Source: Polymyxa betae A26-41
Lineage: Eukaryota; Protista; Endomyxa: Phytomyxea
Direction: 5' to 3'
Length of the DNA stretch: 36,527 nucleotides
Assembly: GCA_003693705.1 (NCBI GenBank)
Contig: RBZT01000216.1
Coordinates: forward strand, 1-36,527
Position numbers and translations under genes: made by a program. Shown here piece after piece: positions 12,441-22,210 of this stretch. Within the stretch, counting starts at the first letter, position 1; each line of letters starts with the position of its first letter. The notes below the pieces were generated by a model, which saw nothing but the letters and a program-made list of their open reading frames with translations, did not search any database and was not told the DNA's origin.

Positions 12441-12629
12441 ATCTTTCCAGGACTTAGTTATTATTGCTGTCATCTGAACACATGGAAGCGCTGGTTAACA
12501 GGGCAATGTTTTGCCTTTCCACGTTTTAAGAGCTGATCTCGTTGTACTTTGCTGATATCATTGACTGTGATCAGTTTCGGAACTATGCATTGTTTCTGTA
12601 TGATCATAGCATTTTTAGCTAGAAGACCT

Positions 12630-13210
12630 CGTTGTGCGGAGATCAATGGACGTTCCAACACCTCTCTATATCCCGAATGTCAGGTTTGATCTGTCCACTA
12701 TTAAGGATCAAAATGCTCTGCATGATTTCCGCTTCACAGCTCATCAAACTGCGCAGATTAGCATCCATTTACAATTACCAGCGGTTATCATAACTTCGGA
12801 GAGAGATCGAATTCTTGCTCCAGAAAGGTTAGCTTTGGTGTCATAATCCAGCGGACAGCCTCTCGCTGGCGCAACCAATAATGCAGCTCCAGCCAATAAC
12901 TGACTGTACCTACCTACCATCGATAATACAACTAGACGTTGCAGCTGCCGAACTGGGGATAGCCCAGTTCGATTAACGCATGTTCTGGACCTAAATCTTG
13001 TTTGTTCTCGATTCGGTTCTAACTCCCCTCCTTCGGTAGTCTTTCGTTTAATGTTCCTCTTCGTCCTGCCTCCATCTCCCACGATTGCGCTGTCCAAGTC
13101 TCACATATTCTCCATTATCTTATACTTGTGTATTTGTTTACATTCTTGGTTCATAACAGTGTAGCCTGTCAAGACAGTAGAATGGCTAATCGTTAGTAAA
13201 TCGTGGGCGT
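12630..13210 (+). pseudogene. PIF/Harbinger transposase N-terminus, interrupted at 12839 and lost after ~13210
   Basis: IPNVRFDLSTIKDQNALHDFRF...LQLPAVIITSERDR...ERLALV matches the N-terminus of oomycete-like Harbinger transposases. A degenerate continuation may lie at 13159-13210. Confidence 0.7.
12839..13158. mobile_element. Probable solo LTR
   Basis: TGTCATAA...TCATAACA termini (TG..CA, imperfect inverted repeat) exactly where the transposase frame breaks. No clean TSD. Confidence 0.5.
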
Positions 13211-13249
13211 TTTGGGAACAATAAAAATGATTAATGCAAAAACAGATTA

Positions 13250-13440
13250 ATAACCCTAACCCCAAAACCCTAATCCCAAAACGATATTTTCAAAACCAAT
13301 TTCAACAATATCACTCCCATACCATTCCTGCCCATCCCAAAAAAAATACAACACCCATCCCAAAAAACCAATTCCCAAAAACCCTAATCCCAAAAACCAA
13401 AACAAAAAATATCACCAACAATCAACCCCGCCCGCCCCAA
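13250..13440 (+). repeat. Degenerate C/A-rich telomere-like repeat tract
   Basis: TAACCCTAACCCCAAAACCCTAATCCCAAAA, a second AAAACCCTAATCCCAAAA near 13378, and repeated CCCATCCCAAAAAA. Confidence 0.65.
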
Positions 13441-13485
13441 TATATATTCTTATTATCATTTACAATATTGTCCGCAAAATAATAA

Positions 13486-13781
13486 TTACAATTCAAAATA
13501 TGTTTTATCAAATCTATTCACTACATCACTGAATACATATATCGGACAACAATCATCATATAAGTCTTCGTAATCAAAACCATTTCCGTAATCTTCAAAA
13601 TACGAATTATCCACGATGATGAAATCAGACGTATTCGTGGATTTGTCTTTTATGAAATAAGCACGACAAAAGCCGTTTTCAATCAATTCGATTTTCTCAC
13701 TTTTCTTACTTCTGTCAAATGCTATTATGATGTCGTCAGTTTCAATTTTATCGGTTTCATTACCATCTTTTATAAATAAAC
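13486..13781 (-). CDS. Small acidic hypothetical protein (start uncertain, possibly frameshifted)
   Basis: Open frame CLFIKDGNETDKIETDD...FDKTYFEL extends upstream of the listed 13686 start to a TAA overlapping an out-of-frame ATG. Confidence 0.5.
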
Positions 13782-13824
13782 ATTACAATACACTCTCATT
13801 TTCATTTTCAACATTTTCCGCAAT

Positions 13825-14046
13825 TCATTCACTACCCATAAAATCTTCAAATGGGATTTCTAAATGTTTCAAAACAAATTTTGCTATGCATAATCTACAA
13901 CAATATTTAACATCACGTTTTATATGAAAACTTAATAAATAGTCATCATCATACCCAGCGCAATCAATACAATAAATTTTCTTACAAATAGAGCAGATAA
14001 AGTCGTGTTCGTTTTCAAAAGTCTCATCACATCCAGAACAATCCAT
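13825..14046 (-). CDS. Small Cys-rich zinc-finger-like protein (four CxxC pairs)
   Basis: MDCSGC...CSICKKIYCIDC...CCRLC, with ATG in a TAAAATG context. Confidence 0.65.
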   Translation of the reverse strand: MDCSGCDETFENEHDFICSICKKIYCIDCAGYDDDYLLSFHIKRDVKYCCRLCIAKFVLKHLEIPFEDFMGSE

Positions 14047-14119
14047 TTTAATAATTACTATAAACCCCTATTTACATTTTCAATATTTTCCGCAAAACGA
14101 TTTCCATAATGTAAGTAGT

Positions 14120-14326
14120 TTATTCATCGTCTTTCTTGGGGTGATTTCCGCAGGTTCGGCGATTACAATTGGGTTCTTTGCAATTCTTACAATGTTTTAT
14201 ATGTTTCTTTTGTTCTTTAACTTTCTTGTTTGGATTGAGAGGACACTGTTGAATGTTATGCCCGGTCTCACCACATAACGAGCACTTATACCCATTGGGA
14301 AATCGCAGTCCTTTTTTGTGCACCAT
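14120..14326 (-). CDS. Small basic protein with two zinc-knuckle-like motifs
   Basis: CSLCGETGHNIQQCP (CCHC) and CKNCKEPNCNRRTC. Likely start MVHKKG. Confidence 0.65.
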   Translation of the reverse strand: MVHKKGLRFPNGYKCSLCGETGHNIQQCPLNPNKKVKEQKKHIKHCKNCKEPNCNRRTCGNHPKKDDE

Positions 14327-14422
14327 CTTGACTATGAATAACATATACACGCGCGCTCTACTAATATCTAAAATCATATCTCACAAACAAAAAATTTATT
14401 GAAAACAAAGGAAATTTTCGTC

Positions 14423-14983
14423 TTATTCGGTCGGGTCAAAATCGTTTTCATTGTCATCGTCCTTTTTCTCATCATCATTGTTATTGCCCTTATCACGTTT
14501 AGGTGTTCGTGGCGGAGGTTTCGGAAAAACTATATTCCATAAAGTCTCAACAAGTTCCTGATATTCCTCTTCTTGCTTATCGGGACAAAAATATTTGACT
14601 TTGGATAATATTGCTTCACGTTTAGATGTTAAGGGTGTATCATCCTTACTACGATTAAACCTTGACCTTTCCTTCGTTGCTTGTTCTGGTGTAAGGTTTT
14701 TGTTCTGTATGAATTTCATAAATTTTAATTCTTCTTGAAGTGTTTTGATGAAATCCTTGATCTTCTGTATGTTGGTATTCTTATCATCCTTCCCATTCAC
14801 TTTTAAATTCTTGGGATGAGAGTGCCCGTAAAATAATGCGACAATAGCACGTTGACCCTGTTTAACAACGTTAAAGTTGATGTCTTCAATCCAATTTTGT
14901 AAGTCATCAATTTGTAATTGTAGAGTATCAATCAGTTCATCCACATCAGTCTTTTCAACGGTCTTCTTGTCATCTTCACTCAT
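14423..14983 (-). CDS. Hypothetical 186-aa charged, coiled-coil-like protein
   Basis: Uninterrupted ATG-initiated ORF with natural protein-like composition. No family recognised. Confidence 0.7.
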   Translation of the reverse strand: MSEDDKKTVEKTDVDELIDTLQLQIDDLQNWIEDINFNVVKQGQRAIVALFYGHSHPKNLKVNGKDDKNTNIQKIKDFIKTLQEELKFMKFIQNKNLTPEQATKERSRFNRSKDDTPLTSKREAILSKVKYFCPDKQEEEYQELVETLWNIVFPKPPPRTPKRDKGNNNDDEKKDDDNENDFDPTE

Positions 14984-15171
14984 CGCGTCGAATTCGTTTT
15001 GACCGCTAATCAGTCAAACAATCAGTCAAGACCCTACGTTGACTGAATGATGTCTAACGCAAAAATACCCACTGATATGACTGACAGCACAAAATTCGGT
15101 CGTTCTTGAACTACTTTTTGAAGTAGTCGTTTAGTCATTTATTCAAATACGGACGACATCAACTATTCAAG

Positions 15172-15375
15172 ATGGACGACCTCAATAACACAATTCAGTT
15201 GCTTCGTGAAGAGGGAAGATATGGATATTTGGAGGATATCGTTATTACTATCATCTGTATACTCTACGAAGATGACAAACTTCAAGAAATAGACACAATA
15301 TACAGCACGGCAAAAGACTATCTTAAACGTGTTGGTTTCGTTTCAACTCAAGAAGAACCGACACAAACACCCTAA
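15172..15375 (+). CDS. Hypothetical 67-aa protein
   Basis: ATG-initiated, divergent from the 14983 ORF and convergent with the 15443 ORF, with no overlaps. Confidence 0.55.
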   Translation: MDDLNNTIQLLREEGRYGYLEDIVITIICILYEDDKLQEIDTIYSTAKDYLKRVGFVSTQEEPTQTP

Positions 15376-15442
15376 TCATCATTCAATACAAATTCATTTT
15401 TGTTTCCACTCAAACCCTAATACCCTTATGATAGTAATACAT

Positions 15443-15904
15443 TCACATCTTTATCAAAATCTTAAATAAACACGCTTTAATTTTCATCAAATCCTTTATC
15501 ATTTCGGCAAGTTCCTTCTTGATATCAATATCATCGTCATCTTTATCCTCCTCTTTCGGTGTAATAGGTTCTGATGATTGAACCGAGACGACAGGGATAC
15601 ACGGGATCAGCACCATAGGAACAGCGTTTGAGCGGTCAGCTGGTGCCGATGATGTTCCCTCTAACATGTTCATAGATGCCAATTTGCGGACAACTCGGTT
15701 AAGGTCATCTCGTTGGAAGTTTTGAGTTGGGACAATAGTAGTTTCAGTGTGTTCGTCAGAAGACTGGGAAATTTGTCGCTGAACTGGACGACGAACTGCT
15801 TTACCTCCTCCGTGATAATGGCATTTGGAACCTCTAACCTTAACCTTATTACGGCAAGGGGCTCCATTACTTTTTTTGGTCGCTCCACAACGAGTAGTTG
15901 GCAT
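15443..15904 (-). CDS. Protein with an N-terminal C-C-C-H zinc motif (HGGxSTG/DUF5763-like) and a C-terminal coiled coil
   Basis: MPTTRCGATKKSNGAPCRNKVKVRGSKCHYHGGG, uninterrupted ORF. Confidence 0.65.
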   Translation of the reverse strand: MPTTRCGATKKSNGAPCRNKVKVRGSKCHYHGGGKAVRRPVQRQISQSSDEHTETTIVPTQNFQRDDLNRVVRKLASMNMLEGTSSAPADRSNAVPMVLIPCIPVVSVQSSEPITPKEEDKDDDDIDIKKELAEMIKDLMKIKACLFKILIKM

Positions 15905-16697
15905 CGTTTTCAAGATTTTGATGAATGAAATGATGACACGCGAACATTACATTAGGGTTTGTATTGACACACACATAACGAGGTGATGGCACACACTTGA
16001 CACACACTTGACAAAACGTAATCACCATCGCCGTCCAAGGTAATCGTCTCATTTCGCTATTCTAATCCTACTCGATACTCCCAATCAGTAGTGATACAAT
16101 CTTATCTATATCATCTCTGCTATTTTAGCACTGATACAAATATTATCTTAACAGATATATTATCTTAACAGATTACAAGATACAAGGCAAGCAAAGGGGT
16201 GGGGGTTAATCAAGGATTAGGTAAATTTCTATTTAATGTATGTTCTGTTTTCAATTCGGCGAATTTCGCTGATAATCGTTTTTAGGTAATCCCAATAAAG
16301 ATACTACTCACATCTAACCCCCCCCCCCCCCACGCCAATGCTACTGCCAGCGAAAGAACTCCCCCGAATTCTCTCATCGCTTCGGCGATTATCGCTTCGT
16401 GCGATTGTCTTTATTTTCTACGGAACCTCTGCTGGGGTTGTTTGTTTTTCCAATAGTGCGGAGGCACTTTAATCACTCGTGCGCGGGCACTATAATCACC
16501 GGTTCCTCATCATTTTCTATGATATCTAAAAAATAAGCAATAATGGCATATCCGCCGTTTTGTTTTTCCCCAGCATTTCCCACTTCAAAAAAAATAATAA
16601 ATAATTGAACGCCTTAAAACCTTATGAATGTGTAATATAAAGTAGCAAAAGGGTAGGTGTTTGAATACCAATATTGACCCTCTTTATGGACGGAGAC

Positions 16698-17227
16698 TGT
16701 TATGGCAATCTGAGACGTCTTACATATAGCGCCTTTAACCAAGAACAATACCTATTATTAACATTTCAATAGACTGCGCGCAACTTTTGTTTCAACTTTG
16801 GGAAATCCCAACGTCGTTTCCGATTTGTGCAACCCAATCCATATTAAAGTTCCATCCAAAAAACCCACAGTCTCCAAGCGGATTTGAACCCACGACCTCA
16901 TCGATACAGCGCAAGCACTATATCAACTCAACCACAGTCTGGTGTACACGTCATGTGGGCGCAGGGTAACTTGGCTCGAGTCGTGCATGGCCACGAACCA
17001 CAGGACTTCTCAAGCTCCGAACCGGAGTTGCTATAGCACACAGAGACCCAGTCGACTATGGCAGCTCCCCACTGGTGTAAGACAACTCCGCCACGGAGAT
17101 TCCATATATATGAATCTGCGTTAATCTTATTTTACTATATAACAGCCATCCGGGCCATCAATACAATCACTTCTTAAACTGACTGCTTGTCCAGACATTG
17201 ATCGCTGTTGCCTCTCTAGTCTCAACA
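16698..17227 (+). mobile_element. Putative 5' LTR of the downstream gypsy element
   Basis: TGTTATGG...CTCAACA termini and a TATATAA near 17136, with a PBS-like site shortly downstream. No partner LTR in the window. Confidence 0.55.
16874..16940 (-). promoter_or_regulatory. tRNA-like RNA polymerase III A-box/B-box cassette
   Basis: Minus strand TGGTTGAGTTGAT (16934-16922) then GAGGTCGTG-GGTTCAAATCC (B box 16890-16880) at tRNA-like spacing. No acceptor stem. Confidence 0.6.
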
Positions 17228-17244
17228 TAGCCGAACTAGAAAAA

Positions 17245-17256
17245 TGGTATCGAGCC
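17245..17256 (+). other. Primer-binding site, tRNA-iMet type
   Basis: TGGTATCGAGCC versus the canonical TGGTATCAGAGC, located upstream of gag. Confidence 0.65.
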
Positions 17257-17329
17257 AAGATACTTAGTCATCAGGTAATTTCCAAAACATCGTACACTTT
17301 CACAACTGCCAATGCAGACTGAGATTCCG

Positions 17330-18590
17330 AATATGCCGATTTCTAATCTGCCCGAGAATGCGCTCACTGATATTACCTCACCTTCTAAGGTCTCAACTCG
17401 AAATGAATTTTATGACTGTAATACAAACTCTGAGGAAAGAGATTCACATCCTTCAGGCCCAGTTGATTGACTCACGTTCTGTTCGCTCCAAAACCACAAC
17501 TTCGCCAACCTCTACTAGTTCACAGCACACAGCGCAATTACCTTTAGATAATTATCGCTCTAACGGTGGCACCGTTGCATTACCTCGACCACCTCAGTTT
17601 TCGGGAGATCGCGTTAGATTCCGATCATGGTTCTGTCAAGTAGACAACAACCTTCGGATGCATGCAGCAACATTTACTTTAGATACAATGCGACTGGGCC
17701 TGTTTTCTAGCCTGCTAACTGATTCAGCGGTATTTTTGTTAATGTCATTCGTTGAAAGTTGATCACCGGTTTTGGAGAATAATCCAATGTTCGTCACGGA
17801 ATTGCGTCGGTCTTTCGATGATCCAAATCGCATTAGAAATTCCGCACAACGGTTAAAAATCTACGACAGCATCAATTTGCATCCATCGCAGAATATGAGT
17901 CGCATTTCCGGTTGTTAGCACACGATGTCGACTGGACAGACAGCTCCAAGTCGGAACAATTTCGTGAGGCTTTTAGATCCATCTATTGAGCATGCTTGTT
18001 AGTGCGGAAACCTGTGGTAGTGCGATATTTAATAATTTAGGCGACGTTATCCGTACAGCATCCTTAGTAGCGACTCGAATTCCTTCACCTACTCAACCAC
18101 TCACCGCTTCTAACTCTGTAGAGTCCGCATCTACGTCGAATTCCAGAAGTTCAGGTCAAGGCCGCCGTTGTCAGAGGAGGAAAGGGCTCGAAGGCGCAAA
18201 GAAGGACTTTGTTCTGCGGTGGAAGCCTTGTAATCGCTCAATGTCCAATTCTCTCCAGCCGTAAATCTGCTACTAAACTCAGCGCTTCCACTTCGCTTTA
18301 TTCCGGAAATGTTATATCGGGTTTGATGCAATTAGACAAGCCCACAGCTGTCGATGTTCTTATAGATAGTGGCGCCGGCGGTCATCGCGACGCCAATGCA
18401 GGTAACCTCATTCGACGGCCAAATTACGACATATGACTCGTTCGGAATTTCCCTGGACCTAACAATTTACAGTTTCGACTTCAAAATAGCCCTATTTGTG
18501 CTCGACAACCTGAGTTTCGATATTATTCTGGTTTCGATTAGCTGAGAAAACATAACCCTGTTATTGACTGGAATTCAGGCGTTATCACGG
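17330..18590 (+). pseudogene. Ty3/gypsy (chromovirus-type) gag-protease, degenerate and truncated
   Basis: LPRPPQFSGDRVRFRSWFCQV, a decayed knuckle FCGGSLVIAQCP, VLIDSGA and DIIL..LRKHNPVIDW. Confidence 0.88.
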
Positions 18591-18602
18591 GAGGAATTAA
18601 AA

Positions 18603-18775
18603 TGACCTACGATTGACCTACGCACAACAATTGATCAACTTCGTCCGCAGTATTTTTCACTTACAAATTGACCTACTTTCTGGGTAATGACCAAATTTTG
18701 ACCTACATTCCGGACAATTTACTGCGTCCTACACATTGACCTACACTCACCATTTTGACCTACAAAGTGACCTAC
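18603..18775 (+). repeat. Array of seven TGACCTAC motifs
   Basis: Exact copies at 18603, 18614, 18669, 18699, 18737, 18756 and 18768. Confidence 0.85.
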
Positions 18776-19049
18776 AAACCCTAAAACCTATCGAGTCCAT
18801 GAAATAATTTGCAGATCGTTCCGTACAAATCAATTTTTAAATTTTGGATTGGATTTCAGAGGCTCTTTTTCTTTCATTGTTATCAGTCGCTGCTGCGTTT
18901 CTTTATTATCCATGTTATGTAAAGTTCTAAATATTTTCGAGGCACCAATGCTAGGGTAGGACCCTATGACAGCACAATTTGTGAATAACGAGCTTTTCGA
19001 AGGTCGAGTATCTAATCGTTTGAGCATATGACAACTCTTTGACAAATTT

Positions 19050-19975
19050 TCGTGTTAGCGCCGTCAAACAGGAGCTCGAGCAAGGCCGACTTTCATTGGT
19101 AAAGACGCAGTTCTGCGGTATGTACAAGGAACACCACTTTCTATTGTCTTATCTGCTCGTCAGAACCCTATGATAGGATTCGCTTGAAAGACAGCGGATG
19201 TTTGACCAGTTAAAGGGGAATGAAGCTGGGACTCGAGCTGGAAAAAAACACAATTCATTACGATCTGACCGAAGTGCTGCCAGATTTTGTAGTAACCCTG
19301 ATAGCACTCCGTGAGGGTATATATTATATACCCTCAACTTTGAAAAGCTGTAACTCGAAAGCGGTAGGGCTTCAAAAAAATTTCATTATGAGTCTTCGAA
19401 AGAACAGTGGAAAATTTTATGAATATCTCGTCCTTCCGCAATGTCCGGCTTCGGCTCCGGCTTATTTAGAACAGTTGACATCGGCACTCTGTAACGTAAT
19501 TCACGTTCGTTGGCGTTTGAAGGCATCTGTTTATCTTGAAGATTTCTTATTTCGTCATTCGGACGCTTCTTATTTATCAGAAGCTACTGAGCAGATAGGC
19601 CAGTTTCTACCGGTCTCCGGGTTTGTTATCAGCCTCGCAAATCTAATTTTGTCCCAACTTGTCGTTTTTAATTTTTGGGTCTTATGTTTGACACAGAAAA
19701 GCTTCAGACATGTTTGACTGAATCCAAGCGCCAGGTTTATGCAGCTAACATCAATCGGATGTTGGAGTTGAAGACTCTTACAATCCGTCAACTCGCTCGC
19801 TTACGTGGGCAGCTTAACTTCGCCAATCTGGGCAGTTTGTTCCAGCCGCAAGCACGTCTGTCTGCTCTACACACTCTAATCGGCTCTCCAAACTGGCGGC
19901 AGCTGGAAGTCAGGCTGTGGACGAAGGAAGCTCTGAACGAACTTCTTTGGAGGTGCGATTCTGGTTTCTTTCAGT
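19050..19975 (+). pseudogene. DIRS/Ngaro-like reverse transcriptase remnant
   Basis: FYEYLVLPQCPASAP, SVYLEDFL (degenerate YLDD), GFVIS..S.FVPT..FLGLMFDT, LTIRQLARLRGQLNFA and EALNELLW. Confidence 0.75.
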
Positions 19976-19984
19976 CGGTTACTT

Positions 19985-20700
19985 GTAACCTTAGCAGAGA
20001 ACCAAGCTGTGCCACTTTGATTGCATCTGTAGGGTAGCGGTTCGGTTGAATTCGCCAGATGAGTCGTAATTGATTTAAAAACCCGCGAAGTGTTCTAGCA
20101 TGCGACCTCCCACTGACGGGCCTCCACATGATGCCGGCGGTCGCCTGCGGGCTAGCACGTGACCGGCCCTGGAGTACCGGATGATCTATGATACTAAACT
20201 CACTTTGGATTTGACCACTTATCGTTGACGTCTGAGTCCTGAGTAGCTGGATGGCGAACACTCGTGATGTATCATCTAAGGCAAGAGGCAGCGCGAACGG
20301 TTCAGCGGACAATGAAAGTTCGGACTCCGCGACAGTGAATATGCCGCAGCCGAGCCGCACTGAACCTTCCCAGAACCAGGATCACAACCGTATTGGTCAG
20401 GAAGCCGAACTTTTGGCTCCGGCTGGCTGGCAAATTCTGGTCGGTTCAATTGTAGACGAAGAATCTCTTGACTTTGAGCTTCAATTTCTGCCTGCGCTTG
20501 ATCATGCTGTGGTTGTAGAGATTGTTGTAATATTTGCTGATTACTGTTCTTGTCCTTGATAAGATCCTTGATTTTGTTGCGTTTGCTGAGCAAGTTGATC
20601 TTGAGACAAGGGATCAATGAGTGAAGGTTCTTGATTCGTAGGAGGGACCGATTCTGATTGCCTTCTCGCAAGGGTCGGGTGCTCTGGGCCAATAACCAAT
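19985..20700 (-). pseudogene. Ty3/gypsy-type gag N-terminus with PBS, split by an insertion
   Basis: PEPKVRLPDQYG [insert] LRGFLNQLRLIWRIQPNRYPTDAIKVAQLGSLL. PBS GGTTATTGGCCCAG at 20697-20684 follows an LTR-like end ...TTTCA at 20701. Confidence 0.8.
20091..20386. mobile_element. Probable solo LTR inside gag
   Basis: TGTTCT...ATCACA termini at the exact points where gag similarity stops and resumes. No TSD seen. Confidence 0.6.
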
Positions 20701-22210
20701 TGAAACGATCAAGTTACTAAGATGCTGAAGATAAACTAAGGATACTAAGATACTGAAACAGAGGTGTCTGAGTTAAATCAGTTAATTAGTTTCCAGAATA
20801 AATTGTGCATGGAATCACAACCATCAACAGACAAAGAAACCGCTTGAGTCAAGACATATACAGATTTGTCTTAAATTTGCGAATGACCAGACCGACGTAG
20901 AAACTTCTTACAAATTCCCTGAAGGCTCGTTGGGTAAAATGCTCCAGGCGGTCTATGAGGATTTGTCACATGCAAAAAAGAATCGACTGGGTCGGTTTTG
21001 ATATCGTGACTGCTACGGGCCGGAGTGTGAAGGTTGAGATAATTGAACACCTCAACAAGTGTTTTAGCGGAAATAAAGAAGTTAGCAAGTTAACTCGTCG
21101 GAAAAAATAAAAGAAGAGTGCAACGAAGCCGTTTTGCAAAGCCTCTTAAGAAAACCTTGCGGTGTACCTTTCGATAGTAGACACCACCACCTTCAAAGCC
21201 AAATAACTTTAGTCATGCGGTCCAGCTTCAAAAAAGGCACGGAGAATGGCAGGCTAAGACGATGTTATTGCAGAACATATGCTGGTGAAGTAGCTTGGGT
21301 CGATCCGCGAACTTTCAGAGCACATGAAAGTTGTGATCGGAAACGCCCAGACCAGTTGTTAGATGCAGTATTTTCTATATCTTCACATGACGACTTTCAA
21401 TAATGGGGCGCAGTCGCAAGAAGACGTATCTGTGTAGGCAGAAAGTTTGGACGCCCACTCATCGCCAATACAGTCTTTAAACCTGGAGCAAGATTCTGTC
21501 GCAGACCTGATGGATGACGATTCATGCTCGCCCAAACAAGCTGAGCACTACGAGTCCCAGACTCATCTGCAAAAGGAATATGAAAGCGACTTCGAAGCAC
21601 CTACCAGCTGAGAAGATGATAATGTATCAGACAGCTCGGGCTCAGCAAGTGTTGATGACAGCATTGGACCGCAGCATATAGACGATGTCGACATTGTGGA
21701 ACACAAATTCGAACGCACTGTGTTTAGCACTCTCAACAACGCCAGAGCTATGCTGTCGAATGCTAAAACAGTCCAACAAAACCAAATAGCGGAACAAGGC
21801 GTACCATCCCGAAAGCATTTGGAAAAGATAAAGATTAAAATTATGGAAATGGCCGACCAGCGCTTTCGTGCAGGGATAAATCATAAGACCTTTGACGATC
21901 TTCCGGAGATATTCTTTTTGGAGATGTCAACAACACCCGATCGAGTAAAAGGAGGCGTTGCTGTTTACACAGATTTCCCGAAACACTGGCTTGAAACCAA
22001 AAGGACAGTTCTTAGAGACATAATTTTGAAATTTAAACCTGTGGTCTTAGAATCCTGTCCAGAAGGACGTTGCGTTTTTGCTTTGGATCTAGAAGCTGAT
22101 GAAAGTCCAACCTGCTGTGCTTCTAGGCAAAAGGCACGAACTTTGCTCTACTGGCCACTTCCATATGACGGAGAAGTTCCTTAATTCTAATGCTGACTGG
22201 CGATTACCTA

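Noticed and set aside
9844-13210. Single Harbinger element with divergent ORF2 and transposase split by gypsy
   Set aside because: Possible, but GAGCTGCA terminal-like repeats lie between the two genes and no enclosing TIR pair was found.
13234-13482. 82-aa Pro/Lys/Asn-rich ORF
   Set aside because: Translation of the low-complexity telomere-like tract.
16874-16940. Functional tRNA gene
   Set aside because: No acceptor stem pairing and no convincing anticodon arm.
18603-18775. CRISPR-like repeat/spacer pattern
   Set aside because: Repeats are only 8 bp, spacers are irregular, there are no cas genes and the context is eukaryotic.
19985-20037. DIRS RNase H start (SCATLIASV)
   Set aside because: These bases are better explained as the antisense of the gag motif PTDAIKVAQLGSLL.
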